A program made the translations under genes and the position numbers. From NCBI RefSeq assembly GCF_018977255.1, contig NW_024704742.1, positions 111,540,001-111,604,000 on the forward strand: DNA of 64,000 nucleotides. Reading direction: 5' to 3'. How positions within the stretch are numbered: position 1 is the stretch's first letter; every line of letters begins with the position of its first letter. The notes under the pieces were generated by a model. The model saw nothing but the letters and a program-made list of their open reading frames with translations, was not told the origin of the DNA and did not search any database. Of this stretch, positions 51,321-64,000 are shown one piece after another. The DNA is from Callorhinchus milii (taxonomy: Eukaryota).

Positions 51321-53049
51321 TAAAAATATTTTTACCTCCTAACGGTGGAGATTATTTTGTAATGCTCTGTGGGGTACAAGGTATCGCTGTACAACTTTAT
51401 AGAGCAGATTCACTTAAAGAGCATGGCGTTTTCAGTTGAATCCTGTGGACGGGACACATGTACAGATAACCCTCTCATCTAGACTGCTGGGGATTAAATG
51501 CAGACAGCACTAAAAATAAGATGACTCTCTCTAGACTGGCAGCTGCCAGGTATTTTTTTTAACTTAAAAATATTTGAAATACTCTGTTGATGTGGCACCA
51601 TTCAGAGGCAGCAGTTGCTTGCTTGCCACCTGCTGTTATGATGGATATGCAAAATAGAGATGACCAAAAATGAGTTTATTTTTTGACTATGTTGAGAACT
51701 AGCATTTTCTAAAGAGACAAGGACATGCAGAAACATAAAACAAAATTCATGCCTTTGAGTTAAAACCTGATGTGTGGTCACTCTTGTGCTCTTACTTTTT
51801 TCTGCTCTAGTTCTTAACAGAGACCGTATGATATCTACATACATGATGTTTTTTTGTTTCTATGATTTTTTGATGTGTATACAAAAGAAATATTGCATTA
51901 ATTGAACATTTTCATGGACTGCCCCAACTAAACGTTTATTCCTTTCCATAGGCCGCTTTTGTCAGGATGTTTTATTTCCTCCCTGACCTTTTCATTCTTT
52001 GTTTCATTTTGGCGTTGCACAATTTAATTTACTTTTACATGCCACATAGTTCTTCTTATATGTCCCTTCACTGCCTACTAGATGCCATCAAATATTAATG
52101 ATTGCTTATGTTATTTTTGTTGCCATATCTCCCAACTATCGAAATGCCCGATATGCAATTTAACCACCAGTACAAAACAATACAATTCATATTTATTTAA
52201 TGCCATTCACACTAGGACGACATCTCAAAGTGCACCCAAAGTTCAAGATGGACACTTGAGCTTGGGGTGGGAGCCAGTGGGTGGGGAGCTGAACAGAAGC
52301 ATCAGATAGGCATGTTTTGAAACATGGCACAGAACTATAATTTGGATGTGTTGAGTCAGCAGAACACAAGTGTGGGTTTATAGTTGTAAAGATCAATCTC
52401 AGGACAGGTGACTGGAAGTATTTCTTTACCCAACTGAAATGGGTTACCAGAAAGTGTGCTGCATTAATATATGGTGCAGCTTGATGCTATGATGGGAGGA
52501 TGGTAGAGTAAGATCAAATGGACCAAATAGTTTGCTTCATCCCAACCTCTCTTGTGAACTTCTGCAAAAGGTTCATGTGATACATTATTTTGAACAGAAT
52601 CAATGAGCTCAAGTCATGCATTTTTCACAAGCTGTGTGCACCTGTCTCCACTCTAAACACCACTTCTCTTTAATTATCAGCTTTCATTCCTTTCCTCATG
52701 CTCTGTTTGTTGGGACTTCCTCACTGCATAGTGCCAAATAATCAAATTATATCAGTGTTACTATTTGTTTCAGAATTTCTATCATTGCAGAGACACAGAC
52801 AATTGTATAAAAATGCCTAAAAATACAGTCACTTTTCAGTAATTCAGTAATACACGTTTCAGTAATTCCTGTGAGCTGCTTCAAGGCAGCTCGACAGTAT
52901 GGTAAGGCAAGGATTATATTAATATATATTTGTTATATTACCTAAAAATTGATCTACCATAGAAGATTCTGCTCTGAGCTCAGTAATCGTATCTTACATA
53001 AGAAATCATTAAACAAGGCAAGGCTATCAAGTCATATGACATGAAAGGA

Positions 53050-53420
53050 ATATGGTAGCATAGATGGAGAAAGATTGAAGAATGTGAAGCAGAGAGTAGC
53101 AGTAAAAAGAGATGATTTTTGTACCAGGGACTGTTGTGTATGTGAAATCACACAGTCTGTGCTAAGCCCTCTCCTATTTTTGATACATAAATGATCTGGA
53201 CTTCAGCCTAGTGAACACGGTGTCTAAATTTTCTGATGATACAAAATTAGGAGGTGTGGCAAATTATGGCAAAGAATCCAGAAGACCACAAAAGCAACAG
53301 ACAGGTTAATGCATTGAGCTAGTACGTAGCAAATAGAATTCAATTCAGAAAAAATCAATGCAGTGTTTTTGAGAGGAAGAGCAAAGAAAGGAAATGTACC
53401 TTAAAGGGCAATATTTGGGA
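53050..53420 (+). mobile_element. Old CR1 RT relic
   Basis: YINDLD...VSKFSDDTKLGGVAN. Confidence 0.8.
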
Positions 53421-53597
53421 TCTATAAAAACACAATATTCCTAAAACATATAAACTGTTGCGTCAATTGTAAAGTCTAGTTTGAGAATACAGATTGCTAG
53501 ATTTGCAAAATTTGGCAAATTGTAAATCCCAAGTTTTAAAAAAAGGACAGCCATCAAAACAAGTTAACAATTGTGATACATTTTCCACTACACAAAT

Positions 53598-53737
53598 TAT
53601 AATAATAATAATCCTTGCCTTTGATATAGTGCCTTATCACATCTTCTAGACATCTCAAAGCGTTTCACAGAATACACTCTAAAGTGAATTGACTATGTTT
53701 TGTGGGCGAAAACGCGGCAGCCAATTGTGCACAGCAG
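53598..53737 (-). mobile_element. Young SINE, 3' fragment
   Basis: (AAT)n followed by ccttgcctttgatatag...gcggcagccaattgtgcacagca. Confidence 0.85.
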
Positions 53738-56169
53738 ATTATATCTGAAAACCTTTGTAAAATTCAAACTGTTCATTTACTGTTCTAGAAATTCCTCTCT
53801 GACATATCTTCCCAGCAGTCATATTCCTGGAACACTTTTACCCTTCTACTAAATGTGTCGTATCAGATACCATTTTGAAAGTTGCAATGAATAGCTGCTT
53901 GTTGGGATAACTTCTGGTGTCAGCAGCTGGAAAAAGGATGATTGTCAGTATAATTTGTTTTATCCAAAGCACCTTGTTCCCTAGCAATTTGTGGAGCCAT
54001 CCATCAGTGGTGTTCAGTTCCCAAGAGGTTTATGTTTATACGTCATTTTGTCCATCACAACTGATTCTCTGTCAGTCAGTTCACGGTACTTACTGGCTTT
54101 ACATCCAGGTATCCTACTGCCTAACATTCAAAGGATATATCTTATAATCTATGCCAACAAAAAACAGGCTCCAAATCTAGGGCTCTAGACCTGGTGGTAG
54201 ATTGTCCAATGGCGATGCTTTCTTGGAGACTTTTTATTCACCATTTATGGAAACTATCCATGATCTTTGACTCTCTGTTTGTCTCTCTATGGTGGCCAGT
54301 TCCCTCAAAGTGTACTCGCTGTATGTGTCTGAGTTTCAAATATAATTATACATTGCAATATCCTGCTGTTTTAGGAGACTATTCAGTAGTTCCATGTTTC
54401 CTGTCAGTTTAGTGGGCATATCTATTTAAATTTTCTGCTGGTTTAGCTGCACTAAACTGTCAAGATTCCTGTCAATTTTGTGGGTCTTAATTTCTATGTT
54501 TCCTATTACAAAATGTTCTTTAAGCGGAGGTGCAGATTGAATAACTTTCATAACTTTCCACTGGCTGTATCACATACTTGTTACGGTTGCAGCTATACAA
54601 TCGAATACAATATCCATTTATATAGCACCTTTCACTTCGGGAGGATGTTTCAAAGCGCTTAACATTGCTGTCTGGACACACGAGCTGGGGTGGGAGCTGA
54701 AGTGGGTGGGAGGGGAAAGATGACCGAAACTAATTGATAGCCTTGAGACTGAACTTGAGCAATGTAACGGAAGGTACAAATTGGAGGCTGTTCCAGACAT
54801 TGGACACAAAATGTCTGAAAGCTCCATCCTTTGGAGGGGCAGTTAGTGCAGGGGATAATGCTATCCATTAAGATGTTGCTAGAATAAAATTACAAAAAAG
54901 AGAGACATATAATGTATAATTTTCCAATTCCCTGAAATTCCTTTATAAGCTAGTTCACTTTTTTTACTTTCTAAGATTGTGGTACAGTTTGCTGTGCTTA
55001 CATTTCTTACATGTTATGTGAAAAGAAAGCTTGTATTTCTGACAAAGTATGTATAAATATTGTTTTGAAAGCAAGGTGCCAATGTAAAGTATATAAATGA
55101 AAGAATGCCAGCTGGGAGTCCAATTTAAAAAAGTATCATACACTTGCTTGAAAATGTCCTGTGTCCAAATATCAATTTGTTTGAGCAGCATTTTTATTTA
55201 AGAATCCCCCTTACCAAAACAACAACATGGCATCATGGTGTTGGGTCCAGCTTGAACTATCCTTCCAAATAACACCATAACTACAACTACACTCTACCTT
55301 GGATTCAGTACACTTTGCTTTGCATCTTTTCTTAGAACCAGTTCATCTCCGTGAAGAGAATATTTATTTTGTGAGACAAAACAATCTTTGCGTCTTGAAA
55401 GAGTCAAGGACTAAGTGGATACATGGTTTCAGAGAGGCAGCAGAAGAAGAGTTTCAGGTGCAGATTTGTCAAATGCATTTCAGGGCAGACACCAGGATAT
55501 ATTTTTTGCATAAGGTAATCATCAACTAATGAATAACGTGAACCGGTTACCAGGAAAGTTGGGGGACCCCAGCACACTGGACTTTGTTAAGAAGGTGCTC
55601 AATGCTATAATGAGAAGAAGGTAATGTGGGTATTCTGGAAGGATAAGAATAAATGGGTTAAAGGGTCCTCTTTAATTCCACCTCTTTTTTCATCACTTTT
55701 TTTGAACGAACAACCTTCCAGACTCAAGAACAATACCATCCAGGATGTTTTAGCTCAACTCATGATTCAGTGAACAGGAGGAGCTCCTCATAACATCACA
55801 AACCCTAAACTTTTCTGCTTCATAGTAATTTTCTTACATTCTTACATTTTTTGCATTCAATGTTTAAACAATGGAATGTTGTTTAACATAAATCGCAACA
55901 TCCGGTGTTAATAGAACAATGCTCTATGTGTGAATAAATTGGCGCCCAGACAGACTCTCAAGAGGAAAACGAACAAGACATCTCCCTTTCTTTGTCAAAC
56001 CTGTCTTTTGGAATTTATGTCGAAGCAAATTTGGAACGATTCTGCATCTCTGATGGGAGCAGACAGACATGCACAGGGGAAAAATAATCGTAAGGACGCA
56101 ATATATTGGAGAGGCAATGTTTTAGTAGTATGAGATTTGAAAGTATCAATAGATCTGACATTAAAAGGC

Positions 56170-57902
56170 CTCTGCCCTTCCGTCTAGCACCCCCCCAACC
56201 CCACCCACATCCCCATCTCCCCCTCACCATCTCGGCCCCTACCCATCCACCCCTCCGTACCTTTGAATCTGTCTCCCCTCACTCTCACCACCACTATGAC
56301 CCACAATAAAGTAACCACCTGCTCCCTCAACTCCATCCCAACCCTTCGCTTTATCTCCCAGCTCCACCTCCTTGCCCCTCTACTCACAGATATCATAAAC
56401 CTCTCCTTGTCCAATGGTACTGTTCCCACCCCCTTTAAAAACGTCTGTCATCACACCTATCCTTAAAAAACCCTCCTTGGACCCATCCCTGCTCTCAAAT
56501 TATGGCCCCATCTACAACCTCCCTTTCCTTTCCATGATCCTGGAACAAGTTGTGCTTTCCAGCTTCACTCCTTCCTCTCCCATCACTCCCTTCACAAACC
56601 CCTCCAATTGGATTTCTGTGCCGCCCACAGCACAGCAACAGCTTTAGCCAAAGTGACAAATGCCATTTTGTCCATCTGTGACCAGGGCTCCTTCTGGCTC
56701 CTTATCCTCCTTGACCTCTCTACTGCCTTTGATACCGTTGATCACTCTATCCTCCTCCACTGCCTCTCCTTTCACCTCAGCCTTCATGGTTTTGTCCTTG
56801 ACTGGTTCAGATCCTGCCTCTCACACTGTCTCCACTTCATCTCCACAAATGGTTTCTCCTCTAGCCCTGCACCATCTCGTGCGGTGTTCCTCAGGGCTCT
56901 GTTCTTGGTCCCCTCCTCATCATATCTATATGCTCGCTCTTGGTGACATCATCCGCAGACATGGGGCCAAATCCACATGTTTGCGGATGACACCCAACAC
57001 TACCTCTCTCCCTCCACCCTTGACACCAGGACCACTGCTGTCCTGACAGAATGTCTGTCAGACATCAAGTCCTGGATGAGAGCTAACTTTCTACAGTTGA
57101 ACATCACTAAGACCGAGGATCTCCTGATTGGCTTCCGTCAGCGCCTCCACACTGCAGGACCTCACCTCACCTAACAGCATCACCATCCATGGTTGCACAC
57201 TCCACCTTACTAAGTCAGTCCAGAACCTTGGGGTCTTGCTTGACCCTCAACTATCCTTTCTACCCCACACCCGTGCCTTGACCGCTCTGCCTTCCCCCGC
57301 CTCCTCGGGTCCGCCACTGTCTCACACCGCAGGCCGACGAGACCCTCATACACGCATTCATAACATCCAGGCTTGACTATGCAAACTCCCTGCTTGTCAG
57401 CCTCCCCAACTCCTCCCTCCAAAGGCTGCAGATCATCCAGAACTCCATGACCCTATCAACCCCATCCTCGCCCGACTCCACTGGCTTCCCATCACACAGA
57501 AGATACAGTTCAAGATCCTGGTCCTCATCTTCAAAGCCCTCGATGGCGTTGCTTCTCCTACTTCTGTGATCTCCTAACCCCCTACCAACCTGCCTGCTCC
57601 CTCCGCTCAGCAAGCAACAGCCTGATTTACGTCTCCCGACTCACCCTCCCCACCATTGGCGGGTGGGCCTTCAGCCACTCTTCCCCCACCCTCTGGAACT
57701 CCATCCCTCAGTCCCTCTGCCTCACCCCTTGCCTTGCCTCCTTCAATACCTGTCTCAAGACTCTCCTCTTCAACCGTGCCTTTGGTCACCGTCCTTCCCC
57801 CCCCCCCCTCCCCTCCAGCTCGGGCCCGAAATACTGATTGTCCAGCGCCTTGGAATGTCCTCCCGACATGAAAGGCGCTATATAAATGTAATTGTCTTGT
57901 TT
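56170..57902 (+). mobile_element. L2 LINE, 5'-truncated (~1.7 kb), frameshifted
   Basis: LLTDIINLSLSNG, ITPILKKPSLDP, HSTATALAKVTN, LDLSTAFDTVDH, FADDTQHY; ends in the 3' stem-loop. Confidence 0.94.
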
Positions 57903-58399
57903 TTGAAATGAAAAGAATTATGCCATTAACTTTATGTTTAACTTAAAGTGGTTGTATTGGCTTGGAAAAGTGGGCACCGGCCCAATCTAACATGATGGTT
58001 ATCAGGTCAGAGAGTTTTCCATATATTTTGAAAAAGCTACGGTTTTGAACAAATGCAAAAACAAAACTGTCTTTGGCATAGAATATAATAATCCCTTCAA
58101 AGAAGTGCAATACTTAGAAAAGTCACTTGATGACTAATGTAGTTATGCAACTTTTTATTAAGCTGCAATTAGTTGGCATATTGTAATTAGCCAGTGATTA
58201 TATACACTAGGCTTTAATTGTTAAAACACCTCTCCTTAGTAAATACTGTATATAATCTTTGTTCGCTTATAGTATTTTCTATTATAAAACTCTTGGCAAA
58301 TTATGCAGGTTTTTTGTAGATATACAGTATTCCTCTAACCTTGAACTTTATTTGGTTTAATGCAAACTAAATGCAAACAAAGCATCCTCTGTTTTTGCT

Positions 58400-58605
58400 G
58401 TTACTTCTGGAACTCTCTCCTCAAACCTCTCTGCTTTGAACCCTTCCTCTCCTCTTTCAAAACCCTTCTAAAATACTACCTCTTTAACCGTGCACTCGGT
58501 CACCTCCCTCCATCTACCACCCTGCTTGGGCCCCCACTTTGTCTTGGGAAGTGCCTTGAGACATTTTTGTACGTGAAAGGCAGTACGTATATGCAAAGCT
58601 GTTGT
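58400..58605 (+). mobile_element. Old L2 3' relic
   Basis: ctggaactctctcc...ttcaaaacccttctaaaa...gagacatttttgtacgtgaaaggc. Confidence 0.65.
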
Positions 58606-58904
58606 CACAATATTTGTAATAAAGATGAATGGTTTTAGACGCTCCTTGCAATTCTTTCTGTTCTTTTGAACTTTTGTTTCCCTCAGTGATTTTAGCAACT
58701 TTATTTCAGAATTCCTTACATGAAGGGAACTTACTCACAACAAATCCACACATCGGACCTCAAGTTACTCAAATCTGTGAGATGTACAGGGACTTCCCTG
58801 AAGAAAAAGTTGTTCATGGCATGTGCAGTTCTTCTGCTTACCATACAGTGGTTATGCCACTCCAGAGCTTTTTAAATGCCATTGGGGGAAAATATGGCAT
58901 TGGC

Positions 58905-59213
58905 GGAATCCTGTAGCCCAGTGGTTAGAACACTCGCCTGGTAAGTGAGAGACCTGGGTTCGATTCCCGGGAGGGTGAAACCTTGGGCAAGTTTCCTTAC
59001 TCCACATGCTTGATAATAATCCCACAAGAAAAAAAACATTAATAAATTGATCACTTCAATCCATGACTGTTTTGTGGGACACTGTGTGAAATTGGCTGCC
59101 GCGTTTCGCCCACAAATATATAGTCAATTCACTTTACAGTATATTCTGTGAAGCGCTTTGAGACGTCTAGAAGACGTGAAAAGCGCTATATCAAATGCAA
59201 GAATTATTATTAT
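58905..59213 (+). mobile_element. Young tRNA-derived SINE, full length, short variant
   Basis: Head with A and B boxes; tail GAGACGTCTAGAAGACGTGAAAAGCGCT. Confidence 0.94.
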
Positions 59214-61489
59214 AAAATGCTGACATAGAAAAGGTTGGGATCATGGAGGCTGTAGTAGCTGCCTCTGCTTAGAACTGGAGCAAAGAGCAATTTTATCTCC
59301 ACAGAGACATAACAGAATTCCAGCATAATTCCTTCCAAACTGTTAGGGTGAAATCTAATCTGCTATAAACCAGGGCAGTTCTCCAAATAGTGAACAAAGT
59401 GCAGAAATGCATACAGATAGGTTAAGAAAGCTTGTGGCAACTTCAGTTATGAGAGAATCAGGAGGTACAGTATCAATGTAAAAGATGCTGGAAAAAATAT
59501 GTTTTAAAGAATTAATATTGGAAACTGTGCTCATCAGGCCTGATATCTTCCAGGCCAGGGAACCACATTTATTCAGCTTTATCCAACTACTAATGGTGCA
59601 ACAGACTGAGGCAAATGAGTTAAATGGACCATTCACCTCTTTGCCTGTGCCTTCTGTCGACAGAAATTTAAATATAAAGTTAACTCTCTTTTGTCGGGGC
59701 AAGTGTGTTGCAGCAAGCTGTGGAAATCCATTCTTGTTGATATCCAAATGATACTCCTTACATTTCATATAATCTTTCACATCGGGAGGACATCTCAAAG
59801 CAGTTAACATGATTTCACTGTAAAGTGTAGTGACTGTGTATTTGTAGGCAAACACAACAAAGACAACAGCTTTGCGTATATGTACTACCATTCACATCCA
59901 AACATGTCTCAAGGTGCTTCACAAGACAAAGTGGGGGCCCAAACACAACAACGATAGGCAATGTCCCACAAACAGCCAGGAAGTGAATGACCAGTTTTAT
60001 CTGAGGGTTTGTTGGTCAGGATACTGAGAGAAAATCCTTTGTGTGATTTCTACAGTATTTCTATGCTCTTTCAGCCATCAGCATCAATTTTGTGAGATGC
60101 CCAATGTGAATGATCACATTGTTCAAACATGTGGCAAATAGAATCAGTTGATAGCAAGTGCATTGACTTTCATTGAAGTGCATTGGATTGTGGTTGTGAT
60201 TTCCTTCTACCCCACTCCACCCATACCCCCCCACACAAACATACACACACCATCATGATGGTTGGACTTGAAGTCGTAATGTTGTGGAGAAATATTCAGA
60301 ACCAACCATATGCTGAGCCGGGAGAGGATGGGGTGGGAGAGAGATTCTTAGTCCTGCTGACTATGGCGTTTGGCATTTGAATGCTGCTAAAAATAAGATA
60401 TGAATGTAATTCAATCAGTGTTCTGTGAAGCAACTTTCAATTGCTGATTCCGGGATCAAAAATAAAAATCAGGTCTGTGAGCTAACAGCCAAAAGGGCAG
60501 TGAAAATGTTTGAATATCAGACTTCGGACCACACTATTGTGCCTGGTAAGGAGAACATGGGGGAGTGAATGTGTCCAATTCCGTAACTTTTTTTTAGCAA
60601 TGGATCGAAAAATGCGATGTTTTATTACAGATTCGATGTGATAATTATCAAGTGACACCTTTTTGCCCCCATTTACTTTCCTCTAACCTTGAGTTTTCAC
60701 AAAGTTATTTTTTTCTGTTTTACCACCTATGTACTGGAGTAAGCCACAGGCATTAACAAAGGACAAGCAACTCATTAACAGTTGATAAAGCGTCAAATTA
60801 GATTCACTATTTAATTGCATAGTTTAATTTACCACTAACAGAAAATTGCCATGCAGGAATGTGCCCAATACTGCATTTACAATATAGCCATAAAGAGCTG
60901 CTGGATTGCATGTAGTTACCCGTACAATATTATGAGGGAGTTAAGCTACTGGTTTCAGAAAGATTTGGCCGTCCTTCAAGGAACAGTTTGCCAAGCCACC
61001 TTGCCAGAGGCAGCTAAATCACAAACATGAATTGAAGTAGTTGTATGTTTAATTCCGGATAAGGCCAACACAAATAAAGCAAAACTAATATTCTGAAAGG
61101 CTGGCAGTTGTCAAAAAATATGTAGTGCCATCTGTCTTGGCCCATAAGTGCTCTGAGACGCTACCCTGTATGAGTGGCGCTATATAAATTAAAGTTGTTG
61201 TTGTTGTAGATAGCTCTGCGGGGATTGAGCGATGAAGCATTTCAATTCAGCACACAGCAAGAAATGTAATGGACTACATCTAATTGACGAGTTGGCTTTT
61301 GACGTGCTTCAGGGAATTGACATTGAGGGAATCCTAGTGTCATGGCTTGAACTCAGCCAGTGTAAAATGATATGATCAAGGGTTGAGGAGCTGGGAGATT
61401 TCAAGAAAAATTAGGGAGCTTCCTGGAACATCAGGTTGGGAGGAAATAGAAATGTCTTGTAACTCTTACTTATAATAATAAGTTATAAT

Positions 61490-61785
61490 AATCATTGTAT
61501 TATTGTATTTGATATCGCGCCTTTCATGTCAGGAGGACATCTCAAAGTGCTTCATAGGATTTACTGTTATGTGTGTATTTTGCCATGGGACTTCTAACGT
61601 CCACTTGTCCAGAAAGACGGGACCTTGGTTTAACATCCTAACTGAAGGATGGCACCTCCAGCGATACAGTGTATCTTCAACACAGCATTGGAATGTCAGC
61701 CTGTGAACTCAAAGTCCTGATGTGGGGCTTGAACCCACAGCTTTCTCATTCAGAGACAAGAGTGGTACCAACTGAGCCAGGCTGA
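61490..61785 (-). mobile_element. Old Deu-domain SINE with internal deletion
   Basis: Head at ~61720-61785 and tail at ~61490-61575, with most of the 3' Deu region missing. Confidence 0.7.
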
Positions 61786-62199
61786 CATCTCAGCTGATTC
61801 TCTAGATGATTATCCGATCTTGAAGACTTTTTAAGTGGAAACTAAAACAGAACAACATCTGGATTTGACCAGCCCAGTTTGTAATATCTTTGTTTGTTTA
61901 TCCAATAGGGCCCTGTCCTCGCCACGTTTCTTCTTATTTTTTGAGTTTATGAGATACCTTTGTATCTTTATGTCTGTAAGATTCTTTCAGTCTCATAGAA
62001 TCCCTTATTCTCTCAGTATTTCCTGATATCCCTGCTTTTCATTACTGAAAACTATTAGTGAGAACCCCCCACTGTGCATTGAATCCTTTTTACTGGCTCT
62101 GCAAATGGAATAAAATTCAGCACAGAATATTGTACTGATATTTTAGGAAGCACTCATTTTGTCTTCATTACTGAAGATCAGACAATTGTTTCCAGTGAT

Positions 62200-62680
62200 A
62201 AATCAATGATCCTTGCATTTGATGTCCTGTTGAAATGGCTCAAAGTGCTTTACAGAATATTTCTACAAAGCATAGTTAACAATTGTGTTTTGTAGGCAAA
62301 CAGAGCAGACAATTTGCACACAGCAATAGCCACAAATAGCCAGGAGGTGAAAACTCAACTTGACTGGAAATTATTGGCTAGACACCAGGAGGAACTCCCC
62401 TCCCTTTTCAAATAGTGATAAAGATTCTTTAAAGTTCATCTGAAAGACAGACAGGATCTTAGTTTTACATATCATCCAAAGGACAGCACCTCCAACAATG
62501 CAGGGCTCCCCCAATCCCCAATAATGACCAGGAGAATCAACAACAAGGTTACATTTGTATAGCGCCTTTCACGTCGGGAGGACGTCCAACTTAGACCATG
62601 AGCCAAAAGCTTCTGATTTAGGAATTGAACCCACAATCTTTTGACTCAGAGGCAACAGTACCATCAACTAAGACAGGCTG
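62200..62680 (-). mobile_element. Old Deu-domain SINE carrying a nested L2 tail (~62537-62590)
   Basis: Head, Deu domain and tail are all recognisable; the inserted segment is caacaacaag...gcgcctttcacgtcgggaggacgtcc. Confidence 0.78.
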
Positions 62681-62788
62681 ATATCAGTAACAGAAAGAAA
62701 GATGGTGACTTACTATATTTGAGACACGTGCTCACATCCCTATGACACCTGATTGTATCCATTTCTCGTTTGAAATAGTCTGTAAGTT

Positions 62789-62990
62789 TCATAGAATCCT
62801 AGCCCTACAGAACAGAAGGAGGTCATTCGGCCCATCATGCCTGTGCCGGCTCTTTGAAAGAGCTATCCAATTAGTCCCACTCCCTCACTCTATCCCCTAG
62901 CCTTGCATTTTTTTCTTTTCAGACATATCTAATTCAATTTTGAAACTTATTATTCAGTCTGCTTCCACCACCCTTTCAGACATTGCATTA
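62789..62990 (-). mobile_element. CR1 3' end
   Basis: tcatagaatc...cattcggcccatcatgcctgtgccggctctttgaaagagc, similar to the reverse of 7040-7132. Confidence 0.85.
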
Positions 62991-63544
62991 GTTTCTTGGA
63001 TTGTAACGTAAAAGACATTTCAAGTTATTCCTAAATATCTAACGATCTTTGGTGCTGAAAAATAAGAAACTTAGGAGCAGTTTGACAGAAATTGCTCAGT
63101 GTTAGTACTGATTTCAGAGCTTCTCCACTCTTCGTCTGCTAACCATAAAGTTTGCATGCCTGCATTTGAGTGCTGGAAGATGGTAATTATGGAAATTTAA
63201 GTGGATCAAATTTATAATGGTAGAAAAACTAAAGTGTGTTGAATATATTGCATCTCTTCTGATATTATTTAGCAAAGCAGCTCAACTCATCTAAAGGGCG
63301 AGATCCATTCTGCCACAGGCACATTTTCTTAGAAAAATCTGTTGGAACGTTGTGTCATTTCCCAGAATTTGATCATGTGTTATCACATTATAAACCAACA
63401 TAAACAACTTCATATTCAAATTGAAACTTTTTTTTAAGACAATGCCCAATTTAGAAAACATTAAAATGTCCTGAGCTGCATTATATGGAAATCCATAGAT
63501 AGTGAAAAGGTTTGAAAAGAAATAGAAAACGTATCTGCAGGTTC

Positions 63545-63897
63545 TGTCTGTTCACAAGATCATAAGATTGGTTCAGATGAAGAAGATGGCTTTGGGATCT
63601 CGTCCTTCCAGAACACTCACCTTACCATCTTCCCTTAACCACCCTTCGTAGCAACCTGCTACAATTGTTAATTACCTTCTGGGTAAACAAATATTTATTG
63701 GTATCTATCCTGAAATTGTCCTTTGTCACTCTAAACCTACGTCCTCTTGTTCTACTGTCTTGGTGCATCCCACTCTGAGTTACTTTTGTAATCCCATTTA
63801 AAACATTACATAACTCTATAAGATCATCACTGAGATGTCTCATTTCAAGACTGAAGAACCATATCTTGTGTAATCTTCGCTCATAGCTCATTCCTCA
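63545..63897 (-). mobile_element. Old CR1 3' fragment
   Basis: MSYERRLHKIWFFSLEMRHLSDDLIEL...RTRG...LFTQKVIN. Confidence 0.82.
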
Positions 63898-64000
63898 AAT
63901 AATAATAATAATAATAATCCTTGCATTTGATATTGCGCTTTTCACGTCTTCTCGACATCTCAAAGCGCTTCACAGAATAGACTGTAAAGTGAATTGACCA
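63898..64000 (-). mobile_element. Young SINE, 3' part (runs off right edge)
   Basis: (AAT)n followed by ccttgcatttgatattgcgcttttcacgtc. Confidence 0.88.

Noticed and set aside
55940..55947. TGGCGCCC, resembling a tRNA-Lys primer-binding site
   Set aside because: Only 8 nt match, with no preceding LTR end and no gag/pol sequence.
59355..59891. 178-aa minus-strand ORF
   Set aside because: It starts inside a SINE-tail remnant, with no recognisable homology or convincing exon boundaries.
1..64000. CRISPR array, retron or other prokaryote-type RT system
   Set aside because: This is vertebrate DNA. All RT motifs belong to CR1/L2 retrotransposons, and no regularly spaced repeats were seen.

Overview
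AT-rich, CpG-depleted vertebrate genomic DNA that looks intronic or intergenic. The repeat inventory suggests a cartilaginous fish, possibly a chimaera; this is an inference from repeat content only. It includes CR1 with an esterase ORF1 and (GATTCTAT)n tails, abundant L2 with (TTG)n tails, Deu-domain SINEs and a palindromic Penelope-type repeat. Nearly every ORF with a recognisable product comes from a decayed non-LTR retrotransposon: one 3.7-kb CR1, several 5'-truncated L2 copies with at least three 3'-tail types, and many CR1 relics. There are two L2-dependent tRNA-head SINE families: an old full Deu-domain family, and a young tRNA-Ala/CORE-like/partial-Deu chimera with three subfamilies. 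A ~220-bp hairpin (MITE-like) family is also present. I recognise no host gene with confidence. The best candidate is a phase-compatible chain of minus-strand exons that could encode a short protein with a signal peptide. I found no CRISPR array, operon, rRNA or genuine tRNA gene, and I cannot support a wholly new biological system. The most interesting signals are SINE domain shuffling and tail switching, covarying L2/SINE 3' stem-loops, hammerhead relics in the Penelope-like palindrome, and the candidate exon chain. Boundaries of old repeats were read by eye and are approximate.
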